64,000 nucleotides of DNA from Felis catus (taxonomy: Eukaryota): assembly GCF_018350175.1 (NCBI RefSeq), contig NC_058369.1, positions 111,166,001 through 111,230,000 of the forward strand, read 5' to 3'. Of this stretch, positions 25,988 through 39,076 are shown in pieces (the stretch's first letter is position 1; each line of letters starts with the position of its first letter). Both the position numbers and the translations under genes were made by a program. The notes below the pieces were generated by a model. The model did not search any database. It saw only the letters and a list, made by a program, of their open reading frames with translations, and was not told where the DNA came from.

Positions 25988-27398
25988 CATATTTTAAATA
26001 AAATGAAATGCTTGAGAGTTTTAACTGTCATTTTTTACTAATACCTTCTCCCTAGCTTATAAAGGGAACAACATTAGCCTGTGCTTGAGAATTTCTTACC
26101 ATTTAGCCTTCGGAATGTTAATTACTCCTAGACTTTAGTTTCCCTCAACTAGCATTGTGTTCCATCAAGTCAATACATAATTATTCATGATTTAAATAAT
26201 CAAAAATTACTAAATTTTAATCCAGGTGAAGTCTTGAATTTAAAATAAGTGAATTTGGCTTCCAAGGGGTCTCTGCTACTTACAGGAAGTACTGCTGAGA
26301 ATTTCCTTCAGATAGAGCCAAAATAAGAAGACAGCATTCTTCACTTCATTACAAAAAAGAAAACAAAAACAGGTTGTTATAGCTTCAGGTGAAATAACTA
26401 ATGTTAGCTTATTGATTTTAAATAGAGTCCCTGCCATCTGGAATGAAGTCATTAGCTGGGGGGGGAATGCATTGTGGATTGGTGATACTCCTAGGTTGTG
26501 ATTAAATGGCACACATGTGAGTGTTGCTATGAATCTTTGTGTCTCCTATTAAAATATCTGATTAGACCTCACAAAGTAAGCTTTGCAAATAGGCTGGGAC
26601 ATACTACTCCCCTCTTGCTCATTATTTCCATTTCTTATTATTCAATTAGGAATCAGTGACTTGCTGAATACACATGGTGTGTTTATCAGCCTGGAGAGTG
26701 ATAAAAATTTTCCCTTCGAATTTTTCTTTTATATTCTGTTTTCTAATATTATAGCTGATTTTGAGAAATAGCTATTATCTTAGTTCAGAATACAGAAATT
26801 TAAGTAGGCCCTCAATTATTCACTTCTTGATGTGTGTATTAATAGTGTGCTATAATAATAACTTAAGAGTACTGAATACCTATTATGTTCTTGCCATAAT
26901 GGTGGAAATTTTATATTCATATTTCTAAATATTAAAGCAACCCTGCAAAGCACATGTCAATTTTTTTCATTTTTTTACCATGTTTATTTTATAACCATGA
27001 TTTCTTAGTCCTTATGAAGTTGATACAATTTGGGGGAAATAGATACTCCCTTCCCTTTTTGATTCCATATGTATTGGGCAGGGTAGCAGGAACAGAATAT
27101 GAAATAATAGGCAAAGGGTGCAGGGATGAGACGGGTGAAGTTGAAGAAAGACACGGTGAATGTTTCTATGAATGCTTTGGGAAGAATATCAACCAGAGAA
27201 ATACAAAGTTGACAACATGAGTATTTTCTTCTCCCATGGGCTTCGAAAAGTATGGCATAGTATTGGACCACATTCAGCATATATTAATTATATAGCATTG
27301 TGGTATGTTTCTTGTCAGACCTGATGTGTGTATATTTTTTCTTACTTTTTAAGCTCCATAGATGGCATTCATAAAGTACTTTTTTTTAAAACAGGAGG

Positions 27399-27547
27399 TT
27401 TTTTTAAAGTTTATTTATTTTAAGAGAGAGAGGGAGAGAGAGAAAAGCAGGCTCCGACATGGGGCTCAGTCTCACAAATCATGAAATCATGACCTGAGCC
27501 CAAGTCAAGAGTCAGAGGCTTGCCTGACTGAGCCACCCAAGTGCCCC
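27399..27547 (-). mobile_element. Can-SINE, internally shortened
   Basis: aagtttatttatttt...atcatgacctgagcccaagtcaagagtc...ccacccaagtgcccc. Confidence 0.85.
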
Positions 27548-28869
27548 CACAAAACATTTTTAATACATTATTCAGCAAATATTAATTTGATCATATAAAC
27601 CAATCTTGCTTGGCAGAAAACACTACTAGCTGCTATGTGAAGGTCCTCCTTTTAACTACCACTTAATTTTATCCTTGGAGCTTCGTATCAGAGGAAGTTC
27701 TTAAAGGGCATTCCTCTTTCAGCTGGATTTACAACTCATCTGCAACACTAAATACAGATAAAATAAAGATCACATCTTGGTTAAAGGTTTATATATAAAA
27801 GCCCCTGCAAATATAGTCACTGTCTTGTCCAGATGGTAATTGTAGACGACTTGTTCTCTTTGAGCCTTTTTCTTACCCCATTTCCTCTCAAGGTCTTTAT
27901 CTCAATGCTTTGAAGCTCCATAAGTGACTGTGAAGCTGAGGTTAATATTTTTAAACTGAGGGAATTATGACTAAGAATGGTTAAGTAACTTATACAAGCT
28001 ATCCAACTTATAACTGGCTACTAAATGAGAGGGGGGATTCAAGTCAAATTCTGTCTGAATCCAGAGGCCTGTCTCCATCGAATAAGCCACATTATTTAGA
28101 ATGTAATGTAGTTGCCCTTCATATGAAAGATATTCGCTGGTTTTCGTGAATCAAGTGTAAATTCATATCTGACACTGAAGTTTGCACATTTTCCAGAATA
28201 TATCTCTTTTTGATTTAAAAAACATGTGAACATAAGGCCCCTCCTTCTAAAGACTTAGACAATGTAGGAGCTCTTTAAAACTGAAAGGGAATTCTCTATG
28301 TCAATGAGAATATAAAGTGGAACTTTTTTGATTAGAGCTTTGATGTTTTCAGAAGAGTCATGTCACTGTTTCCTGGAGCCAGGCTGGCCGTTATAAGAGT
28401 CCAGGAGAGCCTCAGGAGCACAGGAACAATTGTTAAAATGTTCAAAACTCCTTTTTAGTAAAAATAGTTTCAGTGTAGAAATGGGAAGGTTTTAAGTAAA
28501 TTCTCTAGAATCTTGAATTTTTTAATTTCCTGTGCTTAATCCTAGGAAAATAAAGCATGATAGAATTTACCATCTCTTGTGTTTTATATTGATGATACAA
28601 AGCTTATGAATGGCTACAGTATTGTCCTGAAAAGTACTGTATGTAACATAATCATCATACTTATCTGACCAGGATGATGTTGGAATTGGGTGTGTGAGAT
28701 AACCCTTTTGAGAGAGGAAAACTAACTCTGGAGATACATTTGGGGAAGGGTGGAATGCGAATGGCTGATGCAGACGATGGAAATTGTTTGCCTGACATTT
28801 ATCTGTGAAAACAAGCATGAATGAAAGCGTATAAAAATCAAACATATGTATATTTACATAGATTCACAT

Positions 28870-29120
28870 ATCATATAGAGTGCTTACTATTTGCTAGGCA
28901 GTGTGAAATAGGCACATAGATGAATGACAGATCTGTTCTTGACTTGTTGACGCCTAGCATGGGAAACAGATATGTAACCAAATTGTTGAAATATCCAAAG
29001 ACTCTTGTTATGATATACGTAAGGACAGAGTTAGGTCTTGTCATTCATGACTGCTCAGATCAGGGAAGGCTTTGCCAAGGAAGTAATGTATATGTGCAGG
29101 CTTTTGAAAGATGAGGTGGG
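28870..29120 (-). mobile_element. L2 fragment
   Basis: gagtgcttactatttgctaggcagtgtg...cagggaaggctttgccaaggaag. Confidence 0.6.
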
Positions 29121-31249
29121 TTTACTACTTTTTTTGCTCTTGAGAAGATGATGAACAAGCAAGGGCCACTATCTCCTTCGATGAAGTTACCAAATGTGAG
29201 ACTTTTCTATGGGATGAAAGGAAAAAAACCATCCAGGTATATATTGTCTATAAAAGTTATTCTTAAAGGATGCAAAGGGTGAAAACAAAGGAGTGGAAAA
29301 ATATCTATCAGACAAATGGTAACTGAAAGAATTCTGTTAAAGTAAACCATCCTGAAACAGGAAAGATTCCATACCCATGGACATCTAATAAACTTAGTGA
29401 TACGGCTAATTGCAAATGTGTATACTTTAGTTATACACCACTGCTATAAATATTTTTGATAAGGCAAAAAAATAAGTGCTTGGGCATTTGCTGTTTCTTA
29501 AATATGGTAGTTGACATCCAATTAGATCATTTATGAAATCAGAATATAATTGCAATATAAAAAATGTTGCTGCTATTTTCACTGGCAAGCATTCTGGCAT
29601 TCTCTTGATTTAACATGGTGATAGGTAGTGGTTTGCTATGGTAAATATCAGCTTGACCTTTGTGGCAAGAAATGACATTTCTGGGTTGATTTTTTGATGT
29701 CTGGTGAACTTATATTAGCATGTGGAAATCAGTCTTATCACAGCTCTCAAATATAGTATTCTTCCAGGTGCTACATATCACTATTGATTTTTGATGATCA
29801 GAATCCCATTTATTTATAAGATGATAACTATTAAACGTGTGGCTACATGTGAACACCTACTTTGTAGAATATTATAAAATTAAATTTTTGAATCATACCA
29901 AATAGTGAAGATCAGAAAGCTAATTTTACTTAACTGGAATTCTTCCAGAATTTTGATTTTCATAGCCTTGTAGCCAGAAATAATATTTTGTCTTGAAACT
30001 AAGATTTCTATTAAAAGTTTGTCTTGTAAATATCTTATACATACTTACTTTAGTAAACATGGGATAGGTTAGTCCAGGTTGGTTTGTATTTCAAAGCTGA
30101 TGCTGTTAAGAAAATGATGTTTGATTATCAGCATGAGCCATTACGTGCCACTTAAAGCAAAAGAAAAGATTAATGGTTGATGCGTACTTATATTTACATT
30201 GAGCCTATTCGTACATATGAAATAGTTTTTCTATGTGAAATAAGTTTACAGTACCATAATACAAAGTGTAAAAACTACTGTGCTGTTTCTTAAGTGACTT
30301 GCAGGGAGGGAAGGTTGAATCTAAACCTATATTTCTTTGAGAACGTTGAGTCAGAATGGTATAATCAATGGAATTTACCAATTAAAAATAGAACATGTAG
30401 ATGTGAGCCAATGCAATTGATAATCAGACTTTTCTAGAAACTTTGCCATCACTACAGTTATTAGATCCAGTACTATAAAGTGTAACTACAAATGCATTTT
30501 TATGTTAATTTCCTAGTGCCAATATCATTAAAATACTCCAAAAGGAAGATATTTGAAAACTTTGTTTACTCAAACTACTCGATGATGATCATTACATTAA
30601 GGAATCCACGTGAGATCATTTCTGTTGCAGTCTGTTGTCTGACCCTTTTCACTGGTTATTCTGTCCACAAGACAAGGAAATAAATGCAAAAATGAAAGTG
30701 CAATTACATTTCATTTGATTTCAACAAAAGATTATTTTTCATACATGCATATAGCTTTATAAAATTGTGGTTTATTATTGATTTGAAGTTAATTATTAAG
30801 ATTTTAATAAGACACTATGGTAAAAATGAATAATGATGAAATAGTACATGTTGAATATGATAACATACTGCTTTCTTCTCCTGGACTGGCCGCTCTGAGC
30901 TCTGCACAGAAAGACTGATGTGCAACTGACAAATACTCAGAAGAAGAGAACCTGGAACAACCTGTCTTAGTGAAGAAAAGCAGTGCACGCATCCCTATCA
31001 TCTTAAATGTACAATGCTGGGCTCATCTGCCAGTTAAGAGATACTCTTTTGGACGATCCTCCTCTTTCTACTTTGAATGTTAATTGTCTTCTTCAGTCTC
31101 TTACATAGTTTAATTATTTTCATTTAAAATAAATTATTCTCTAATAATACTGGCTTGTTTAAAATTGGACCCAAAAAAGATACTTATTCCATTTGTATAT
31201 TTTAGCCATCTAATCGTTGATTTGGAAAGGTTGATCTTCTCTACTGATT

Positions 31250-31390
31250 GTCACACTTTATCGTGCATCAGTTGAAGGTCTTATAAAATACAGATTCCTC
31301 TCAGAGATTGTGATTTAGTACTTCTAGGATAGGAAGTACCCCATAAATTGCATTTCTAACAAGTTCCCAGGTGACCTTGATGCTCTGAAA
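31250..31390. mobile_element. MER5A-like hAT MITE
   Basis: tgcatttctaacaagttcccaggtga motif. Confidence 0.65.
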
Positions 31391-33427
31391 TCCCCTAGAA
31401 ATAGAATAAATCATGGATCAACATGTCCCATCTGAAGGGAAAAGTTAGAGAAGAAATTATTAGCAATCAAATCAAGGCCAACAGTTCTAGAGCTTTTGTT
31501 GATGTTGTTTTGTTTTCATATAAAACAGCCTCCCTGGAATTTCATTGCTGATGTGTTTTCTGATACCCTTTACCTCTTCTTGGGTCCAGGCAAGATTTCC
31601 TTATCTGAAGACCATTTGGTAACCAATTAGGTTGTTTCAATGGAAAGGAATCACTTGTAAATTGAACATCCACTATTTAATAACAATTGGCAATGTTTCT
31701 CTAAGAGATAGAAAAATTAGATAAATAGACTACTTAATTCCAAATAAAAATTAGTACCCTGTACTCTATTGCCTGTTTGTTGGGAGTCTAGGTGAACCAA
31801 GTCTACTACTTACAGACAAGTACGTATAACTTTATTGCTGTGACAATAGTTTGAGAAACGTAAGGATGGGTGAAAAAGCAACATGAGCGAGTCAGAAAAT
31901 GAGTGAGGAGATCCAGGTGTTGGTGAGTAATTTTGTAGATTTCCTGTAAAACAGAATTAATATTTCAGGCAAAGTGAAATACTTTGTCTAGATTTCAGAA
32001 TCATAGGATTTGGTGCTACATGAAAAGTCTGTGTTTGATTACAGATGAGCAGAGGTTACCTTAGTGTTTTAGAATAAGTCAGCCTATATTACCTTCTTTG
32101 CTTCTTTGGGACTGATTTGAGAAAAGATCAATGTGAGCTATGGGTCCAAGGATATTTTAGGAAATATTTTGATGCCATATAGATTTTTATACATCTTTTT
32201 GTGTTGTCTATATACCTGCATAAAAATAATTGGAATTATCATAATTGCTTTTGAATGACATTTTGGTATCCCTCCTATTAATTTATCACTAGTTTTGCAT
32301 ATTCTGTTTAAAATAACTACTTAAATAATTAGACAGTGGTTTCATTTCCATCAGTAGATAATATTAACATTTATTGAATGAGTGTAAAATGAATGTAAAA
32401 TGATTTTTAGATCCATTCCCAACGTTTTTATTAAATTGAGTTAACATTCATTATATTGAGATTTTTTTAATGCCTATTTATTCTAGCCTAGCATTTGTAT
32501 TAGCTTGTTACGGTTTTTATATTACAAAATTTAATAGTTTTTTTTCCCATCAGTATGCACAAAAAGAAACTTACTGACATTTCTTTACTAACATTGTTGA
32601 GATGATGTGAGAGGAATTACACAACATTCTTAATATTTAAGTTGTTGGTTAATGGAACTATGGTAATCAGTATACTTCCTGGTGATTTTAATGATGCTTA
32701 TTTTTCTTCTGAGAAACAAGCGATACCTATTTTATGATGTGTCTGATGTCTTTTCACCCTAAACTAACTTTTCATTGTCAAGAGGTAAAAGGGAAGACTA
32801 TTAATGGTAAAAACAAAACAAAACAAACAAACAAACAAAATACTGAAAGCATGTGGGGATAAAATCTCAAGTGAAGTAACTTGGTCAACATGAAGAAGAC
32901 ACATTACACTATTTTATGTGGTATGACTTTTCCTAGAACCTCTGAGAAATAGGATAATTACTAATTCATTCTTTTGGAGTTTTACTTTTCTTGACGATAA
33001 AAGCTCAGCAACTGTTTTTGTCAATTGCAATTTGAAGGGGTCACTTAAATTTGAAATGACAAAAGATGTGTATTATGGCATTAGTAGGATTTTGTCATCC
33101 CTCTTACATGTTTATCACTGTTTTGCCTATTCTGTTCAAAACCACTCTGAAACAATTGGTGGTTCCATGTTTCATCACTAGATCATTCTAAAATTTATTT
33201 TGAAGATCTCAGGTAATTATTTGCATCACTTGAAAAGGGACAGAATGCCAGACTGGGGAATATGATGGGAGACCACCTGCTAGATACAAAGCATGTCTCT
33301 TTAGTCATAATATCATTAACAAGTACTTTTATAGCCTTAGTAACATTCAGCACACCTTAATTCTTACTTTGTAAAATAGGGAGCTTGTTTGTACTCAACA
33401 CTATTGGATTTCAACTATTTTCTTCTT

Positions 33428-33708
33428 TTTTAAAAAAGATTATTTTGAGACAGAGTAGCACACTTGTTCCTGTGCATTTACAGGCACATGAGTGTGGGTA
33501 GGAAGAGTGGCAGAGAGCAGGAGGGAGAAGGAGGGAGGGAGAGGGAGGGAGGGAGAGAGAGAGAGAGACAGTGTGTGTGTCCCAAGCAGGCTCCACACTG
33601 TAGGTGCAGATCCCAACATGGGGCTCCATCCCACAAACTGTGAAATCATGATCTGAGCTGAAATTGAGTCAGAAGCTTAAGGAACAGACTGAGCTACGCA
33701 GACGCCCC
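33428..33708 (-). mobile_element. Older Can-SINE with 17-bp TSD
   Basis: TSD tca(a/g)ct(a/g)ttttcttctt at 33411 and 33709. Confidence 0.9.
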
Positions 33709-34999
33709 TCAGCTGTTTTCTTCTTAATGTACAAAGCTGTTGTTCAAAAGAACTCTTACATATTCTAGTATAAACAAATAAAAGTGAGGTTGCCCTGGTT
33801 CGGGGAAGAATCTTTTCTGGAGAAAGCACTGTAAGTCAATTCCAGGGTCCCATGGCATCCTGAGGCACAGAGAGTTTCAACACCACTGTAGGCAAATTCT
33901 AAACTTCCTCCCAGGTCTAAAATGCTACACTTGGTTACATCATCCCTGAGGTAATTTGCCAGCTCCACAATATTTCCATCTCTTGAATTTTATATATTGA
34001 TTTCTTGACTGAGTGAAAGTTTAGTTGTAATATCAAATGGAATTAGATATTTTTTTTCCAGTGACAGGAAAATAAGATTTTCTCATTTTAGTTTAAGTCC
34101 AATGAGCTTTGGAATAATTTTTTTTTTAAATCTTGTAACTTCTGTGTCCAAACATAATTTTGCAAGAAGTAGGAGTTAATCTATGAAAGAAGGAAAATTC
34201 AGTACCACTGTTTTCAGCAGTGTGTTATCTGCCTAATGACTTCACATGCTTCCTCCCTTCCACCAAAACCCTATGTCTCCTTGTTCTCTTTCCCCTGCCC
34301 CACACTCTGTGGTTGACCAAGATCCTTCCTCCACAAGTTGTTCTAGGAACCTTAAAACACTCTGCTTTTTCCCTTTCCTTCTCTGTTGCTACTAATGCTT
34401 TAAGAATTACATTTTCCTTACTGACCTAGTTTAGAAAAGGAAGAAGAGTTCCCAGGACTAGTGGATTATCACTTTTGGGTGTGCCCTTATGAATGGCTAG
34501 ATGGTACAACCCAGTTTGTGATGCAGAATTTATTTCTCATACAGAAATGATGTTATAAGTGTACCTCAGAGACTATAGAATGTTTAGTAGTATATGTTAT
34601 AATTCATTTACTCTACAGGTGAATTTCAAAATGTGTGTTGGTCTGGGTGCCTATCAACTACTCTAAATGCCATTTCTTCCAAAAATTGAGGTCTGTGTTT
34701 CAGGTAGCAATGAATGCAGAATATTCCTAGTTGAAGACTGACCATATTTATTGGTTGAACTACAGGTGCATATATATTTGGTCGTTCTGCATCCATCCAT
34801 TAGACAGCATCAACACTTTCTTTTCCTTTTTCTTTTCCACATTGAATTTAGCCTGAGGGGCTGAAATAGAGGCAACATTTTCAGACCTAAGCTATGTTTT
34901 CTTTTTAATTTAGATATAATAGAAACTGGATGCAGTAAAATTGATAGGCGGTACCAAGCTCACATTAGGATTTATGAAATGGACAATTGCCTTGCATAA

Positions 35000-36720
35000 A
35001 TGGCAAGTAAAAAATCAACCTAGTTCTTCATAAACATTTTATTCTGGGGTGTGCTTGTTTTCTGAAACTACCTCTACTAAATNNNNNNNNNNNNNNNNNN
35101 NNNNNNNNNNNNNNNNNNNNNNNNNNNNNNNNNNNNNNNNNNNNNNNNNNNNNNNNNNNNNNNNNNNNNNNNNNNNNNNNNNNNNNNNNNNNNNNNNNNN
35201 NNNNNNNNNNNNNNNNNNNNNNNNNNNNNNNNNNNNNNNNNNNNNNNNNNNNNNNNNNNNNNNNNNNNNNNNNNNNNNNNNNNNNNNNNNNNNNNNNNNN
35301 NNAAAATGAAATTAAATGTATGTGCATTTGCCCTCTTAGAATTATGATTCTTAATTTTTTTTTTTTTTTTTTTTTGCCTTTCTTTCTTTGGAAACAAATC
35401 GCCAGTATGGAAATACAGTGTGTAAAGCAAGCTGGGAGGGAGGAAAGAGTTAATTGCTTTTAAGGCCCTGCAATCGNNNNNNNNNNNNNNNNNNNNNNNN
35501 NNNNNNNNNNNNNNNNNNNNNNNNNNNNNNNNNNNNNNNNNNNNNNNNNNNNNNNNNNNNNNNNNNNNNNNNNNNNNNNNNNNNNNNNNNNNNNNNNNNN
35601 NNNNNNNNNNNNNNNNNNNNNNNNNNNNNNNNNNNNNNNNNNNNNNNNNNNNNNNNNNNNNNNNNNNNNNNNTTGAGCTGAGAGAGACCAGAGAGGGGGA
35701 AGAGAGGCACACAAACAGATAGAAGGGCACCGGCTGAAGCCACTTGCAGGACTGAGGGTTCTTGCAACGCAACTCTAGCAGCCTGAAGAACTATAAGCCA
35801 GGTTTAATCAGTTTCTTTTTCTCGTGGGTACAGTTAATATTTTTCTACTTATTCTGACAAAGCAATAACCCCGAAGCACATTCCTATTCCCCACCTGCTT
35901 TTAGTTTCCGGGATAACCTAAACTCCAGACAGCCATAGCATCGACTTGGTCCTTTCTGCTTTGTACACAGGTTGGTAACACAGGAAAAGTGTCCAGATAT
36001 TTTGAAAAGTGTATGTCCACCTTAACAGAAAGGGAATCATTGTGGAAGTTGGTCGGCTGCTGCCTCTCCTCGGGGAGGAGGGAGGACCAGGGAGGGTAGC
36101 TCCTGGGGCCCGTGCACTGANNNNNNNNNNNNNNNNNNNNNNNNNNNNNNNNNNNNNNNNNNNNNNNNNNNNNNNNNNNNNNNNNNNNNNNNNNNNNNNN
36201 NNNNNNNNNNNNNNNNNNNNNNNNNNNNNNNNNNNNNNNNNNNNNNNNNNNNNNNNNNNNNNNNNNNNNNNNNNNNNNNNNNNNNNNNNNNNGAGACATT
36301 TTATGTGTGAAAGGAGGCAGACTTGGGAAATGCAGCTAAGAAAAAGCACCTCTCAAGGATTTGCTGCTTTTTGGTGTTGATGTTGCTATTTTCTTGGTGC
36401 GTCTGTAGGGTTTAACTTAGATCCCTTCCATTACCGCTTCTGTGCATATTCAGCATTTAGGGACAACAGCTTCTGAATGAAATCTCAAAGCTTCTGATGA
36501 AGGATGGGACTGAGATAAGTAAAATGTAGTTGGGGGTGCTTTGCCTTACTCTGCAAGTAGAAAACGGAGATCTGTACTGATTGCAAGCTATTCTAATGGG
36601 ACTTTAAAAATCAGGTAAGTTCATCCTGGGGCTTCAGTTTAAATTGCAGCCTCCGCTAGCCGGATGATTTTATATTTACAGTGTGCATACAGAAGCACAT
36701 CTATTTATAGACCTACCTTC
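35000..36720 (+). promoter_or_regulatory. Candidate internal promoter / alternative first exon; includes N-blocks 35083-35302, 35477-35672 and 36121-36291
   Basis: Repeat-free, locally raised GC and CpG, GA-rich leader-like tract 35677-35720, consensus donor CAG|GTAAGT at 36612-36620, MEF2 consensus CTATTTATAG at 36701-36710. Confidence 0.45.
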
Positions 36721-38225
36721 TGAAATGTGTTTGCTAGGAGTTACAAAGGTAGTTTTAATGTGGCTTTTTCTCAGCAGCCCAAAACGAAAGTATTCAGGAT
36801 GGAATAAAATTATTATTAGCAGATGCTTATTTTAATTTTCTTTAAAAACATTTGGAGAGTCTAGCATTGTCAGGCAGATGGATGGCATAGCGCACACATA
36901 AAGGTGTTACATGCAGGTGCAACCCTTTAAAGAATAACAGTAACAGAGTCTAATTTCTGGTTTCTCTCTGTATGTGCTTGTGCCGTCAAGAAGGTGTGCT
37001 GAGGAGATGAAACTTGTCAGCTTTATCAATTTCTGTTTGTTAAAAGAACAGACTCTCCACATGATAACACTTACTTATAATTGCTGCTCTTCATATTTAA
37101 TCCTACAGACAGTTCCTAAAGCTTGGGGGGGGGGGTTTGTTTCCGTCCTCAGAATGTTTCAGTCTAAATTGGCTTAAAGTTCTCCCTCACATCTTCTAAG
37201 TTCCTATGTGGGCTTGATCATAATTATGGATCACCACATAGATTTCCATGAAAAGAATGCAACGTAGAACAGCGTTTACTTGCTAGAGCTAGATGTGAAA
37301 GAAATATTCCACAGGTTGGCATGATGTCTGTTTCAGTGCTGAACACCTTCCCATTTACGCACCTATGTTTGAAGCAAGTTATCTTTAAACCTCCGTTAGT
37401 TGTGATGATTTTAAGATACTTCTCTTGATCCAGTTTTTCGGTGGGCTCAGAATAAGAGATCGATCTTGTGTAATTTGAAGTGTTGACACTTAAGTGGCAA
37501 GAATTATTTTAACTAGTAGCGTCTGCTTATCTGAAGCAAACGTACTAGGATTTTAATATGGTTTTATTATCTTTGTGGCTTTAAAGTTGACAAGAGCTTG
37601 AGGAAGGGTCAGCTGGTGTGTCTCCAATGGAACTGGTCACTTAATTTAGTGTTTTATTTTTTAAATATGGATCAACTTTTAAACAATCACTATATCGGGT
37701 ATCTTTTCAGTACTACACTTTTTCTGTTTAGTCCTCACCTCTGTGTTAGGAGTTTCATGTTTCTTTCACACGGTAGAGACAAAGCTGTGCCTTTGAAGCA
37801 GCGACTGGCCGCTGACATTGAATCTCTTGCCACAGGCTACAGGTGTTTGCAAGCCTCACTGTTTTCGGTGTCTTTGATAATCATATGTAACTTTACTCCG
37901 ATTTTCAGTTGAGACTGTCATTTTCCTGACATGAAAGCAATAATATTTTCCAGCAGGGAAGTGCTTGAGACTGTCCGCGCAGTTGTCAGTAATACAGGAA
38001 ACATCCTGTAAGAACCAGCTCTTAAGTGAAAGGTGATGTAGATTGACATCAACTCTCAAACCTGTCTGATATAAATAAGGAAACTCCAAGTTCTGTTAAT
38101 TTTTCAAATTTGAAACATAAAATCATTTGCATCCATTCTACCATGTTGTATAACATTTGATGTTGTTTAATATAATATGGCCTTAACTTTAGTTCCCCCA
38201 GTCTTTATTGTGCACTTCCTCTGAG

Positions 38226-38392
38226 GCCCTGGCTCTCAAACTTGGAGTCATCAAGAATATTTTACAAAACACCGATGCCTTGGTTACACCCCCAGAGTTT
38301 CTGATTTAACTGGTATGGGAACTAGCCTGGATATTGGAATTTTTACTATCTTCCCAGCAATCCTAAGGTTGCAGCAAACTTTAAGTAACACA
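38226..38392. mobile_element. MER5-like hAT MITE
   Basis: ctctcaaactt...ccccagagtttctgatttaactggtatggg... Confidence 0.65.
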
Positions 38393-38599
38393 GATGAAGG
38401 GGTAGGAGGAGACAATGGTGATCCTGGTGACCCATTTCAGTAGGGTTTTCCTTTAAGTTAATTGACAAGTTAGAGGTGTGTTTGTCTTAATTTATCTGCA
38501 AATTTCATTTCACTCCCTTTCGGACCAGTGGCATGGGTCTATGATTGATAGGCATAGGAATGGATGGAGTCGTTGGATCTGAAAGAGATTATTTGGTAG

Positions 38600-38775
38600 T
38601 AGTGCAAAGTGGTGGAGACAACACTGTTCGAGGAGTCAAGAGCTCTGTGTTCCGGCTCTTAGCCATTTGGATAACTGGTTACTCATCTGTAACCTGAACA
38701 ATAATGATGTCCTCATGCTTACCTCTGGGCGTCCTTTATGAGGTTCAAATGTAACAACATGTTATTGAAATGCAG
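38600..38775 (+). mobile_element. MIR fragment
   Basis: actcatctgtaa...aataatga...acctct...tgaggttcaaatgtaacaacatg. Confidence 0.55.
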
Positions 38776-39018
38776 ACTCCCTATTATTATAACTATTTTT
38801 AGTGAAAGAACCTGGGCTTCTGGCTCTTCCATACCATGCTCTATCTTGCTGAACAAGCCAGCTGAGTTCAATTGTATGTCACATAGAACAATGATACTTT
38901 GTTTTGAGAGTAAGTTTTCTTTAGTTATCTTACACGTCAGTTACTTTTTTTGGTTTTCCTGTTCTGGTAAGAACTAGTCATCTCCTTGTGTAAATTGTGA
39001 CTGTAAATCAGAGTAGTT

Positions 39019-39076
39019 TGTGTGTGTGTGTATGTGTGTGTGTGTGCGCGCGCATGCATGTGTACATGTACATGTG
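39019..39076. repeat. (TG)n/(CG)n alternating purine-pyrimidine tract
   Basis: tgtgtg...tgcgcgcgcatgcatgtgtacatgtacatgtg. Confidence 0.95.

Noticed and set aside
35673-35720. Minus-strand acceptor-like ctctctcAG leading into an N-block, suggesting a nested antisense three-exon gene
   Set aside because: The other N-block flanks lack matching minus-strand splice sites; the tract is equally explained as a GA-rich + strand leader. Not fully excluded because the sequence is hidden.
30885-37814. Shared 11-mer gactggccgct in two CpG patches
   Set aside because: Hundreds of 11-mer pair matches are expected by chance.
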